Position numbers and translations under genes: made by a program
Notes under the pieces: model-generated
Databases searched by the model: none
What the model was told of the DNA's origin: nothing
The model's input: the letters and a program-made list of their open reading frames with translations, nothing else
Shown: positions 45,549 through 55,300 of the stretch, in pieces
Layout of the letters: the number at the start of each line of letters is the position of its first letter
Position numbering within the stretch: the first letter of the stretch is position 1
NCBI GenBank assembly: GCA_902567135.1
Contig: CACFLO010000004.1
Span: forward strand, 1,023 to 65,022
Length of the DNA: 64,000 nt
From: an uncultured Alphaproteobacteria bacterium
GTDB taxonomy: Bacteria > Pseudomonadota > Alphaproteobacteria > HIMB59 > GCA-002718135
Direction of reading: 5' to 3'

Positions 45549-46862
45549 TTAATGCATTAATGGAGACCAAGCAGGGTCAGAACCTCCTAAAGGAGTTATA
45601 ATTTTTCTCTCATTATAGCCTGTAAGATCAATAGAGTATAAACTTGAGTCCCCTCCACTTCCATCTGCTGATGTACGTTCGTCCTTAAAATACATCAAAT
45701 ATCTTCCATTTGGAGACCAAGTGGGACCCTCAACATGAAAAGATTTTGCTATCATCCTTTCATTTGAGCCATCAATTTCCATAACTCCAATATAGAACTG
45801 ACCACCTTCTTGCTTTGTAAAAGCAATCATATCTCCTCTTGGAGACCACACTGGTGTATAATAACTCCCCCTCTCTCTACTTATTCTTTTAAGGTTTTTT
45901 CCATTAACATCGATAACATACAAGTGTCTTCTGCCTGTTCTATCAGAGTTAAATACGATTTTTTTTCCATCTGGGGAAAAACTTCCAGAGACATCAATTG
46001 ATGAGTTGTTAGTTATTCTTTTTGTCGCTCTTGTTGGTAGATCTAAAATATAAATTTCCGAATTCCCAACATCAGGATCTGAATAAGACATGACAATTTT
46101 ACTTCCATCTGGTGAGAAGCGTGGAGCAAAAGTCATTCCGGGAAATTCACCTACTATTTCTTGCTGCCCAGTCTCTATATCGAAAATAAAAACCCTGGGG
46201 CTGTTAGCCTTTATATAAGACATAAAAGTTATTTTTTGAGAGTTAGGTGAAAAACGTGGAGTTAAAACCAAATAAGACCCATCAGTCAAAAAACGATGAT
46301 TAGCTTGGTCTTGATCCATAATTGCTAATCGTTTTTGTCTATTATCTTTTGGTCCAGTTTCAGCTACATAAACTATTCTAGTATCAAAAAAACCACCCTC
46401 ACCTGTTATTCGTTGGAAAATAGCATCTGAAATAATATGAGCTACTCTTCTCCAGTTTTTTTTACTTGTTTTATATTTTTTACCTACTATTTGCTTTTGA
46501 GCAAAAACATCAAACAATCTAAACTCTACAGAAATATTTTCATTGTTTGTTTCAATTTTACCAGCAACTAAGTGTTGAGCCTTAATTACTTTCCAATCTT
46601 CAAACCTAGGTTGGTTAGATAAAGACTCAGAAGATTGTATAAATGCTTTTTTATCAAGAGGAATGAACAAACCTGACCTTTCCAAATTATCAGAAATTAC
46701 AGAGGAGATATTTTTCCCAATTTTTTCTAGAGAAGAATTATTAGAAAACAAATCAGTGACAGCTATTGGAGTTGGTTTTACAGTTCCCTGACTAAGAGTT
46801 AATTCAAGAGCATAAGTCTTAATTGAAATAAAAGTTAAGAATAATATTAGTAAATATTTCAT
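45549..46862 (-). CDS. tolB: Tol-Pal system beta-propeller protein TolB
   Basis: 437 aa; signal peptide, N-terminal TolB domain and repeated P(R/T)FSPDG / WSP propeller blades. Confidence 0.95.
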   Translation of the reverse strand: MKYLLILFLTFISIKTYALELTLSQGTVKPTPIAVTDLFSNNSSLEKIGKNISSVISDNLERSGLFIPLDKKAFIQSSESLSNQPRFEDWKVIKAQHLVAGKIETNNENISVEFRLFDVFAQKQIVGKKYKTSKKNWRRVAHIISDAIFQRITGEGGFFDTRIVYVAETGPKDNRQKRLAIMDQDQANHRFLTDGSYLVLTPRFSPNSQKITFMSYIKANSPRVFIFDIETGQQEIVGEFPGMTFAPRFSPDGSKIVMSYSDPDVGNSEIYILDLPTRATKRITNNSSIDVSGSFSPDGKKIVFNSDRTGRRHLYVIDVNGKNLKRISRERGSYYTPVWSPRGDMIAFTKQEGGQFYIGVMEIDGSNERMIAKSFHVEGPTWSPNGRYLMYFKDERTSADGSGGDSSLYSIDLTGYNERKIITPLGGSDPAWSPLMH

Positions 46863-46873
46863 TTTATAAATAA

Positions 46874-47935
46874 TTAATTTTTAATCCAACTATAATCAAT
46901 TGTTATCTTTAAATCTTTCCATGATTCATATTTATCAAGAGGTAATTTAAGTTTTGAACAAAGTGGGTTATATAAAGTGGCCACTGCGCTTTCTGTAATT
47001 GCTTCATAATAAGGATTACTCTTACTTATATTTGTGGCAAGAATTTGTACAGTGTCTTTTCTGACATTAGCCTCTCTATCAATTTTTGCACTAATTTTTA
47101 CCATTTCATCACCTATTATTTGAGTGCCTGCCCTGGGATTAAAGCAACTTCTTAATTGCTGCAAAACAAGATCCATTTCAGAAATTGATACTTCTATATT
47201 TGCTTTATTCTCATTTTCATTTTCTTGCTCTATTTTATCTTCTTCATTATTATTGTTATTAGAAGTATTTGATATATCTTCATTCCTTAAGTCTTTCAGC
47301 ATTGTTGCAAGATTAAAATCTGGCTCTGGTTTTGAAACAGGTTTTGGTTTATCTATAATTTTGGCATCTTTCTTAATCTCTGGTTTTGTTTTATTTTCAA
47401 TCACAACATCACTTATTGCTTTTCTCTCTTCTGGAGCTTTTGGTTTTAATTTAGGTTTTATTTTATTAACTTTGAGTGTTTCTACACTCTCTACATTTAA
47501 CTTTTTTTCTTCAATTAAATTGTTAATTTCCTTTTTTTTTAAGGTAATGTTTTTTGACTCAGGTTTATTTATAATTTGAGTATCATTTATCGTTTTTTCG
47601 TTTGTATTTACTTTTTTCTTAGGTTTTTCAGTTAAATCTATTTTTTGAATTTCGGTATTGTCAGAAGAGGTAAATTTTTTTTGTTCTAATTTTTTTGATT
47701 CTTTATTAATTTCAATATTTTCTTTTTTAGATGTTAATGATGTAACATCAGAAACATTTAAAATTTCAATTGGTATTACTTGAGGCATTGGTATTTGTTT
47801 TGGTTTAAAAAAGTCTGGCAGACCAATAGCAAATAATAAGATGATCAAATGTAAAAAAAGAGAAAAATAAATCCCTAAATGATTTGGGCTAAAATTTTCG
47901 ACATAATTAAAAGCCTTGAAATATAAGGAATGCAT
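46874..47935 (-). CDS. tolA: TolA-like cell envelope integrity protein
   Basis: 353 aa; N-terminal TM anchor, long K/E/P-rich linker, globular C-terminal domain. Positioned between tolR and tolB. Confidence 0.7.
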   Translation of the reverse strand: MHSLYFKAFNYVENFSPNHLGIYFSLFLHLIILLFAIGLPDFFKPKQIPMPQVIPIEILNVSDVTSLTSKKENIEINKESKKLEQKKFTSSDNTEIQKIDLTEKPKKKVNTNEKTINDTQIINKPESKNITLKKKEINNLIEEKKLNVESVETLKVNKIKPKLKPKAPEERKAISDVVIENKTKPEIKKDAKIIDKPKPVSKPEPDFNLATMLKDLRNEDISNTSNNNNNEEDKIEQENENENKANIEVSISEMDLVLQQLRSCFNPRAGTQIIGDEMVKISAKIDREANVRKDTVQILATNISKSNPYYEAITESAVATLYNPLCSKLKLPLDKYESWKDLKITIDYSWIKN

Positions 47936-47940
47936 TAAAT

Positions 47941-48372
47941 TTAATTTTCTTTCGGATTTTGGGTAACAAGAGCTACTTTAATATATCCTGCAGAGTTTAC
48001 TAAGGACATAATTTCCATTATTCTACCATAGGCAACCACCCTATCACCTCTTACATATATCCTAGCTTCCTTATTTAATTCAGTTATAGCATTTAATCTT
48101 GGTATTAAATTTTCAATTGCAACTTTAGATTCTCCTAAATAAATCTCACCACCTAATTTAACAGTAATTTCTAATGGGTCCTTTTGATCAGTTAATGCAG
48201 ATGCTTTGACTTTTGGAAGATCTACAGGAATACCAACAGTTAGTAGTGGTGCTGTAACCATGAAAACAATTAGTAAAACTAACATAACATCAACAAAAGG
48301 GGTGACATTGATTTCACTCATTTGAGAGTATTTTTTGCGTCTTCTTAATGAATTATTATTTAAGTTTATCAA
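47941..48372 (-). CDS. tolR: Tol-Pal system protein TolR (ExbD family)
   Basis: 143 aa; SEINVTPFVDVMLVLLIVFM, the canonical ExbD/TolR N-terminus. Confidence 0.9.
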   Translation of the reverse strand: MINLNNNSLRRRKKYSQMSEINVTPFVDVMLVLLIVFMVTAPLLTVGIPVDLPKVKASALTDQKDPLEITVKLGGEIYLGESKVAIENLIPRLNAITELNKEARIYVRGDRVVAYGRIMEIMSLVNSAGYIKVALVTQNPKEN

Positions 48373-48373
48373 T

Positions 48374-49093
48374 TTACTTTTTCTCTAATTGTCTAAAAAA
48401 AATTGTTGTAAACTCATCCATAAATGTCTCTAAAGAAACAAAATACTTGGACAAATCACTTGAAATTTTATTGTATGCAACGACTGCAGGAATAGCCACA
48501 AAAAGGCCAAGTGCAGTAGCGAATAATGCTTCTGCTATTCCTGGTGCTACTACAGATAAATTAGTATTTTGAGCAACAGCAATTGATTTAAAACTGTTCA
48601 TAATACCCCAAACCGTTCCAAATAATCCTATAAATGGTGCAGTAGAGCCAGATGTTGCTAAAAATGTAAGATTTTTCTCCACTATTTCACTTTCTTTATT
48701 AAAAGTTACCACCATGGATCTTTGCATTCTATCCTTTAGTGATGAAAGGTTTGCGCTTATTTCACCTTCGTGACTTGATTTACTTTTTTTCCATTCTGAA
48801 ATTGCAGCACAAAAAATTTTTGACTTAGGATCAAGTTTATTAAAGTTTAAAGTTTCGTATAAATCTTCAAAAGAATTGCCTGACCAAAAAATTTCTTCAA
48901 ATTCTTTTTCCATCTGCTTAAGTTGTCTTAATCTGACAAGCTTAGAAACAATTATGCTCCATGAATATAGCGATGCTAAAATTAATATTATTATAACTGA
49001 TTTTACAACAAGATCGGCACTCATAAAAAGTGCAAACATTGAGAAATCTATGTTTTCAGATGCAATATTATTAACTGTGCTAACTTCTTCCAT
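48374..49093 (-). CDS. tolQ: Tol-Pal system protein TolQ (MotA/ExbB family)
   Basis: 239 aa; three TM helices; LATSGSTAPFIGLFGTVWGIM and PGIAEALFATALGL motifs. Confidence 0.93.
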   Translation of the reverse strand: MEEVSTVNNIASENIDFSMFALFMSADLVVKSVIIILILASLYSWSIIVSKLVRLRQLKQMEKEFEEIFWSGNSFEDLYETLNFNKLDPKSKIFCAAISEWKKSKSSHEGEISANLSSLKDRMQRSMVVTFNKESEIVEKNLTFLATSGSTAPFIGLFGTVWGIMNSFKSIAVAQNTNLSVVAPGIAEALFATALGLFVAIPAVVAYNKISSDLSKYFVSLETFMDEFTTIFFRQLEKK

Positions 49094-49392
49094 TATTCTG
49101 TATCCTTTATTTTTGTTAAATCATCACTATGAACCATAATCCAAAAACCTGGTCTATTTTTTTCACACAATGCTATAACAGGAGTTTTACCCTCATCTTT
49201 AGCAAGTTTTGCTGTATCATCCCATAAAGAAACAGCTGTATGTTTTGCTCTTAATTTGCACTCTATGAAAAGTTCATCATGAATGACATCCGCACGTGTA
49301 ACTTTTCCATTACCTCCACTTAAAGGAGTTCTTTGGCCATTAAAATAATTTGCAACATCTCTTTCTCTTTTTTTCCAAGCTTTATCAGGCAT
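49093..49392 (-). CDS. Small PD-(D/E)xK nuclease-like protein, Hjc/VRR-NUC-like (putative Holliday-junction resolvase analogue)
   Basis: 99 aa: KKRERDVANYF..RTPLSGGNGKVTRADVIHDELFIECKLRAK. This gives E10...D35...E43-x-K45 in the order and spacing of the archaeal Hjc catalytic signature (ER-E..., RSAGS, D-L-I-A, IEVK). Its stop overlaps the tolQ ATG. Confidence 0.5.
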   Translation of the reverse strand: MPDKAWKKRERDVANYFNGQRTPLSGGNGKVTRADVIHDELFIECKLRAKHTAVSLWDDTAKLAKDEGKTPVIALCEKNRPGFWIMVHSDDLTKIKDTE

Positions 49393-49405
49393 AATCTTCC
49401 TTTCG

Positions 49406-50155
49406 CTATGCTGTTAACGTGTTTAATATATCATCACTAACATCAAAATTTGATGATACTACTTGTACATCTTCATTTTCTTCTAATATATTCAATAACT
49501 TAAATAATGTTTCAGCTTTTTCTTTTGACACAGAAATTTCATTTTCACTTTTCCAAATTAATCCTGTAAAACTTGTTGGGCCGAATCTTTCAATTATTTT
49601 TTGATTAAGTTGATGAAGAATTGTTTGATCACAATAAATATTGTATACATCCTCATTAAGCTCATAATCTTCAGATCCATTTTCTATAATAAAATCAAAT
49701 AGTTCTTCTTCATTAATATTATTTTTATTTAATGTGATGCTTCCTAATCTTTTAAAACCAAAACTAACACTTCCCGTCTCACCAAGATTTCCTCCATATT
49801 TACTAAAAGTAGACCTTACCTCTGCTGCTGTTCTGTTTTTATTATTAGTAAGAGCTTCGACAATAATTGCAACACCATCTGGACCATAACCTTCATATCT
49901 TACTTCTTCATAATTACTGTCAGAATCATTCCCTTCACCTTTTTTAATAGCTCTTTCGATATTATCTTTAGGCATATTTAAAGACTTTGCGGACCCTACT
50001 GCTGATCTTAATCTTATATTTTTTTCAGGATCAGGCCCCCCTTCTTTTACTGCAACAGAAATTTCTCTACCTAATCTAGAAAAGATTTTTGCTCGTTTTT
50101 TATCTTGAGCACCTTTTCGATGCATAATATTTTTAAATTTAGAATGACCTGCCAT
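49406..50155 (-). CDS. yebC: YebC/PmpR-family DNA-binding transcriptional regulator
   Basis: 249 aa; MAGHSKFKNIMHRKGAQDKKRAKIFSRLGREI is the canonical YebC N-terminus. Confidence 0.93.
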   Translation of the reverse strand: MAGHSKFKNIMHRKGAQDKKRAKIFSRLGREISVAVKEGGPDPEKNIRLRSAVGSAKSLNMPKDNIERAIKKGEGNDSDSNYEEVRYEGYGPDGVAIIVEALTNNKNRTAAEVRSTFSKYGGNLGETGSVSFGFKRLGSITLNKNNINEEELFDFIIENGSEDYELNEDVYNIYCDQTILHQLNQKIIERFGPTSFTGLIWKSENEISVSKEKAETLFKLLNILEENEDVQVVSSNFDVSDDILNTLTA

Positions 50156-50233
50156 AACTCTCTATAAATATTTTGTTCGTTGTCAGTAAAGTAATTTAAA
50201 TAAATCAATATTGTGTCTAATATGTGTAATTTT

Positions 50234-51022
50234 TTACATCTGAAAAGGTACAATTTTCAATGATAATCCAGTGCTATCATCAATTTCAATGTATGTTCCA
50301 CATATAGTTATTTTGTTATCAGCAGGAAAAAACCTGCTTTCTGATCTATAGCCTTTAACAAAACCATGAATAGGGTTATCTTTATCCATACCAATAACCG
50401 AGTTATAATCACCCGTCATTCCAACGTCTGTTTGATAAGCAGTACCACCATCAAGTATCTTTGCGTCTGCTGTAGGAATATGTGTATGAGTTCCAAGAAT
50501 AGCTGAAACTTTCCCATCAAAATAATGACCAAAAGCATTTTTTTCTGATGTTGTCTCACCATGCATATCAATGAATATTGCACTACAAGTTGATCCAAGT
50601 TTTTCTTTTTGTAAAAAATTCTTAGTCACACTAAACGGGTCATCTAAAGAAAGACCCATGAATAACCTTAACATAACCTGCACAATTATAATCTTTTTAT
50701 CATTATTAAGTTTTAGTTCATAATAGCCTTTTCCAGGTACTCCACTTGGATAATTTAATGCCCTAACAATTTTAGGACATTCTTCAATGTATGATAACAT
50801 TTCCCTTTGATCCCATGCGTGATTTCCCAACGTTATTACATCAACGCCCGCTTCAATAAGTTGAACTGCAATTTTTTTTGTGACCCCATAACCTGCAGCT
50901 GCATTTTCAGCATTAACTACCAATGCATCAGGTTTATATTGATTCTTTATTTCTGGAATTTTTTTAATAAATGTTTCTCTAGCTTCTTTTCCGACAATAT
51001 CCCCAATAAATACTAATTTCAT
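50234..51022 (-). CDS. YmdB-like (TIGR00282) metallophosphoesterase
   Basis: 262 aa; MKLVFIGDIVGKEARE, VNAENAAAGYG, GNHAWDQ, DMHGETTSEK, GTHTHIPTAD. Confidence 0.85.
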   Translation of the reverse strand: MKLVFIGDIVGKEARETFIKKIPEIKNQYKPDALVVNAENAAAGYGVTKKIAVQLIEAGVDVITLGNHAWDQREMLSYIEECPKIVRALNYPSGVPGKGYYELKLNNDKKIIIVQVMLRLFMGLSLDDPFSVTKNFLQKEKLGSTCSAIFIDMHGETTSEKNAFGHYFDGKVSAILGTHTHIPTADAKILDGGTAYQTDVGMTGDYNSVIGMDKDNPIHGFVKGYRSESRFFPADNKITICGTYIEIDDSTGLSLKIVPFQM

Positions 51023-51600
51023 ATAAACTTGTATAATTGTTTTTCAGTTAAAACGAAATCTAATTTATAATCAAAAACATCTATAGGTATTTTATTTTGC
51101 TTTTGCTCATCAAAAGCAAAGCCTACAGTATAAAATTTTAAATTTAATTTTCTTAATTTTGCAAAAGTTTTATCATAAAAACCTCCTCCATATCCCAGCC
51201 TATATCCATTCAAATCAAAACCTAAGCAGGGAACAAAAAATAATTGTGGGAGAATTTCCTCATGTTCATTTGTTGGTTCAGGAATATTATATTTACCTAA
51301 TTTAAAATTCGTATTTGGATTACTTTTTATAAAAATAAGCTCTGTTGAATCTCTTTTAATTACAGGAAATGATAATGTTTTCCCTAAATCCATAATTTTT
51401 TTATTTAATTGATGTGTTGATATTTCTGAGCGAATTGAAATGAAACTTGCAATATTTAGAATATCTTTAAAATTAATATATTGATTTATTTTCTCAAAAA
51501 CCTTAACATTAAATTCAATAGTAGAATTTTTTTTTATTAAATCTCTTTTATGAGTTAAAATTTTTCTCAAAGTTATTTTTTGAGAAAGTAATTCATTCAT
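51019..51600 (-). CDS. 5-formyltetrahydrofolate cyclo-ligase
   Basis: 193 aa; C-terminal GYRLGYGGGFYDKT motif; linked to zapA as in other proteobacteria (ygfA). Confidence 0.85.
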   Translation of the reverse strand: MNELLSQKITLRKILTHKRDLIKKNSTIEFNVKVFEKINQYINFKDILNIASFISIRSEISTHQLNKKIMDLGKTLSFPVIKRDSTELIFIKSNPNTNFKLGKYNIPEPTNEHEEILPQLFFVPCLGFDLNGYRLGYGGGFYDKTFAKLRKLNLKFYTVGFAFDEQKQNKIPIDVFDYKLDFVLTEKQLYKFI

Positions 51601-52021
51601 GATTTTTTTTTAAAATATTATTTTTAATTTGCGTAAGTTCACTATGAAATTCTTCTAAAGCATATTCTAATTTTGATACTTCATCAGTCTTATTATTTAG
51701 TTCTGATTTTATTTTTTTTATTGTATTAATACTTTCTTCAGACTCTTTTTTTGTTAACCTAATCTCTTTTTTTAATAACTCATTATCAGTTTTTTTTATA
51801 TTCAACTTATCTTTTAATGATTGAATATCCTCAATTGAGTCCTGCAGTTCTAAACTAATAAGTGTAGCAATCTTAAGGTCGCTTACTTTTCCATGTAAGT
51901 GAGAAAATTTATTCCAATTGTTATTTAATGTTTCTACTGCCTTTAATAGTCTTTGTTTTTCATCTTCTTTATATGATAATTTTAATTTTTGATTAAATAT
52001 GCTTACCTCAAGATCGGGCAT
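51593..52021 (-). CDS. zapA: Cell division protein ZapA
   Basis: Start taken at MPDLEVSIFNQKLKLSYKEDEKQRLLKAVETLN (ATG 52021). Shows the ZapA fold pattern (V.I.G..Y.L.C...E...L..AA..L), then ...IATLISLELQD and a coiled-coil tail. Confidence 0.75.
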   Translation of the reverse strand: MPDLEVSIFNQKLKLSYKEDEKQRLLKAVETLNNNWNKFSHLHGKVSDLKIATLISLELQDSIEDIQSLKDKLNIKKTDNELLKKEIRLTKKESEESINTIKKIKSELNNKTDEVSKLEYALEEFHSELTQIKNNILKKNHE

Positions 52022-52208
52022 TTTCTTCCTCAAGAAATTCTTCCAATTCTTCAACGCTTTCTCTAATTCCTTTTTTTAACCCTGACAACTCTTTATTCAA
52101 TTCATCAATCTTTTTTTCACAATTATTATCATTATCTAAATTCTCAGAAATATTTTTTATTTCTTGAATAATTTTTTTTAAAAGAGATATTTTTTCATCA
52201 ATTTTCAT
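52008..52208 (-). CDS. Small coiled-coil protein upstream of zapA (ZauP/DUF4164-like)
   Basis: 66 aa, entirely heptad-like (KKIDELNKELSGLKKGIRESVEELEEFLEE). Same position as the Caulobacter zauP gene upstream of zapA. Confidence 0.55.
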   Translation of the reverse strand: MKIDEKISLLKKIIQEIKNISENLDNDNNCEKKIDELNKELSGLKKGIRESVEELEEFLEEENARS

Positions 52209-52247
52209 ATGTATTTTATAATTCGATTATTTTAAAATGTCACTTTA

Positions 52248-54272
52248 TTGCATATTAATATTAGTGTAAAAGAATACAAATACCGAGGGAATTTGAAAAC
52301 TAATAATATAAACTCAGAAAAACTATCTCAATTAGCTAATTGTATACGTTTTTTATCAATTGATGCGGTTCAAAAGGCAAATTCAGGACATCCAGGCATG
52401 CCTATGGGTATGGCTGACATAGCTACAATTTTATTTAAAAATCATTTAAAATTTGATCCCAATGATCCAAAATGGATAGATAAAGACAGGTTTATTTTAT
52501 CAAACGGACATGGTTCAATGCTTCTGTATGCATGTTTATATTTAACAGGCTACAAAGATATCAGTATGGATGATATTAAGAATTTTAGACAAATAGGTTC
52601 TCCTACAGCTGGGCATCCAGAGTATGGCGAGTTAGAGGGTATTGAAACAACAACTGGACCATTATCTCAAGGACTTTCAAATGCTGTTGGATTTGCAATG
52701 GCTGAAAGTAAACTTTCTTCTACATTGGGCAAAGACTTTATTAACCATTATACGTATGTTTTCGCTGGAGACGGTTGCTTGATGGAAGGATTAAGTCATG
52801 AAGCCTGTAGTTTAGCAGGTCATTTAAAATTAAATAAGCTAATAGTTTTTTTTGATGATAACTCAATTTCAATAGATGGAGAAATATCATTAAGCAGTAG
52901 TGATAATATACAAGTGCGTTTCAAATCATATGATTGGAATGTATTAAATGTTAATGGTCATAATCATGAAGAAATTAATAAAGCTATACTTAATGCCAAG
53001 AATTCTGATAAGCCAACAATTATTTGCTGTAAAACTAAAATAGGATTTGGTTCACCTAATAAAGAAGCTAGCGCTTCTTCTCATGGGTCACCTTTAGGTA
53101 AAGAAGAGGTAGAACTTACTAGAAAAAATTTGAATTGGAATCATGAAGAATTTTATATTCCTGATGATCTTCTCTCAGAATGGAGAGGCTTTGCAAATAG
53201 AAACGCTGAAATTAAAAAAAATTGGGAAAATAAAAATGCAGATTTTTTAAATTCTAGTAATTTCAATAAATTTTTTAATGAAAATTTAGACTCCGATATT
53301 AAAGCTGAAATAATTAATTTTAAAAAATTATATGCTAAAGATGATACAAAGTATGCAACAAGAAAAGCTAGTGAAAGTTCATTAGAGCTACTTAATCATC
53401 ATATTGTAAACTTTCTGGGAGGGTCTGCTGATTTAACAGGATCTAATAATACTAAAACAAAAGGGATGGATATTTTTAATGCTGAAAATTATAAAGGAAG
53501 TTATGTTTATTACGGTATAAGAGAGCATGCTATGGCCGGTGTAATGAATGGTTTAGCATTACATGGAGGGATCAAACCTTACGGAGGAACATTTCTAGTT
53601 TTTTCTGATTACTGTAGACCATCAATAAGATTATCTGCTTTAATGAAACTTCCTGTTATATATGTAATGACACATGACTCTATAGGTCTTGGAGAAGATG
53701 GTCCGACACATCAGCCTGTAGAACATTTAGCTGCTTTAAGAGCTATTCCAAATTTAAATGTGATAAGACCTAGTGATATTTTGGAAACAATTGAAGCATG
53801 GGAAATAGCTCTAGAAACTAAGGGGCCAACTATTTTAGCATTAACTAGACAAGGTTTGCCAACTAATAAAAGAGATTCTTATGAAGATAACTTAGCTAGG
53901 AAAGGGGCTTATATAATAAAAAATCATTCCAAATATGATGCTTCAATTTTTGCTTCAGGTTCTGAGGTTGAAATTGCACTTCAAGCATCAATTAAATTAC
54001 AAGAAATAAATATTAATCTAAGAGTTATATCTTTTCCATCTATGGAACTTTTTGAAATGCAAAATGCAAAATATAAAAAAGAAATAATTGGTAATAAACC
54101 AAAATTTGCAGTTGAGGCTGGAGTAATTAATGGGTGGGAAAAATATGTAGACTATGAAAACTTCATTGGTATGAGATCTTTTGGTGCAAGTGGTTCATAC
54201 AATGATGTTTACAAACATTTTAATATTACAGCTGATAATATATGTAAAACAATTCAAGAAAAATTAATATAA
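52248..54272 (+). CDS. tkt: Transketolase (non-ATG start; TTG at 52248 or 52293)
   Basis: 674 aa; SGHPGMPMGMADIA, GDGCLMEGLSHEACSLAGH, THDSIGLGEDGPTHQPVEHLA. No ATG exists upstream of the conserved N-terminal helix. Confidence 0.95.
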   Translation: MHINISVKEYKYRGNLKTNNINSEKLSQLANCIRFLSIDAVQKANSGHPGMPMGMADIATILFKNHLKFDPNDPKWIDKDRFILSNGHGSMLLYACLYLTGYKDISMDDIKNFRQIGSPTAGHPEYGELEGIETTTGPLSQGLSNAVGFAMAESKLSSTLGKDFINHYTYVFAGDGCLMEGLSHEACSLAGHLKLNKLIVFFDDNSISIDGEISLSSSDNIQVRFKSYDWNVLNVNGHNHEEINKAILNAKNSDKPTIICCKTKIGFGSPNKEASASSHGSPLGKEEVELTRKNLNWNHEEFYIPDDLLSEWRGFANRNAEIKKNWENKNADFLNSSNFNKFFNENLDSDIKAEIINFKKLYAKDDTKYATRKASESSLELLNHHIVNFLGGSADLTGSNNTKTKGMDIFNAENYKGSYVYYGIREHAMAGVMNGLALHGGIKPYGGTFLVFSDYCRPSIRLSALMKLPVIYVMTHDSIGLGEDGPTHQPVEHLAALRAIPNLNVIRPSDILETIEAWEIALETKGPTILALTRQGLPTNKRDSYEDNLARKGAYIIKNHSKYDASIFASGSEVEIALQASIKLQEININLRVISFPSMELFEMQNAKYKKEIIGNKPKFAVEAGVINGWEKYVDYENFIGMRSFGASGSYNDVYKHFNITADNICKTIQEKLI

Positions 54273-54295
54273 TAAAATAACAGAGAGGCAAGAGA

Positions 54296-55300
54296 ATGAG
54301 AGTAGCAATTAATGGATTTGGAAGAATTGGAAAATTAGTTTTTAGAGCTTTTCTAGAAAAAAACCTAAAAGGTGCAGAAATAGTTGCAATAAATGAACTT
54401 GGGAGCTTAGACTCAAGTTTGCATTTAATGCAATTTGACAGTATTCATGGAAAACTTCCCTTTAAAATAAAAAAAAGCAAAGATGGATTAAAGTATAAAA
54501 ATAAAACAATTAAATTTTTTAGTGAAAGAAATCCAATTAATCTTCCATGGAAAAAACTTAAGGTTGATATAGTTCTAGAATGTAGTGGAGTTTTTTCTAG
54601 TAAAGAAAAATCAAACGCGCACATTAGTGCAGGAGCAAAAAAAGTAATTATTTCTGCTCCAGCTTCAAATGTTGATGCTACAATTGTTCAAGGTGTTAAT
54701 AATCAAATATTAACAAAAAAACATAATATTATATCAAATGGATCATGTACTACTAATTGTTTAGCTCCAGTTGCTATGGTCCTTGATAATGGAGTTGGTA
54801 TTGAAAGTGGTTTTATGACTACTATACATAGTTATACTGGTGATCAAAGGACTGTCGATCAAAGTCATAGCGATCTAAGAAGGGCAAGAGGTGCGGCTAT
54901 ATCGATGATTCCTACTTCTACTGGTGCAGCTAAAGCTCTTAGTTTAGTTTTGCCAAAAATGAAAGGGAAGCTTGATGGAACAGCAATAAGAGTTCCAACA
55001 CCTAATGTGTCACTAATTGATTTTACATTTACCTCTAAGAAGAAAACAACTGTAGAAAAAATTAACAAACTAGCAATTAATGCCAGTAAAACTAAGGGGT
55101 TAAAAAATATTTTAACTACCAATGAATTGCCATTAGTTTCAATAGATTTTAATCACAACTCAAGTAGTTCTGTGTTTGATTTAACTCAAACTCAAGTTCT
55201 TAATGGAAGATTTTGTAGAGTTTTGTCCTGGTATGATAATGAATGGGGTTTCTCAAATCGAATGATTGAAACGATGCTTGATTTAAAAAAATTATTATAG
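54296..55300 (+). CDS. gap: Glyceraldehyde-3-phosphate dehydrogenase (type I)
   Basis: 334 aa; INGFGRIGK, active-site SNGSCTTNCLAP, WYDNEWGFS. Confidence 0.96.
   Translation: MRVAINGFGRIGKLVFRAFLEKNLKGAEIVAINELGSLDSSLHLMQFDSIHGKLPFKIKKSKDGLKYKNKTIKFFSERNPINLPWKKLKVDIVLECSGVFSSKEKSNAHISAGAKKVIISAPASNVDATIVQGVNNQILTKKHNIISNGSCTTNCLAPVAMVLDNGVGIESGFMTTIHSYTGDQRTVDQSHSDLRRARGAAISMIPTSTGAAKALSLVLPKMKGKLDGTAIRVPTPNVSLIDFTFTSKKKTTVEKINKLAINASKTKGLKNILTTNELPLVSIDFNHNSSSSVFDLTQTQVLNGRFCRVLSWYDNEWGFSNRMIETMLDLKKLL

Noticed and set aside
51593-52054. The upstream 11 codons of the zapA track ORF (MKNWKNFLRKK), and the long N-terminal extensions of the track ORFs for rluD (35284), dxs (34911), fusA (2356) and the tusA-like gene (21930).
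   Set aside because: The extensions overlap neighbouring genes, and homologous proteins begin at the internal ATGs. The shorter starts were adopted.
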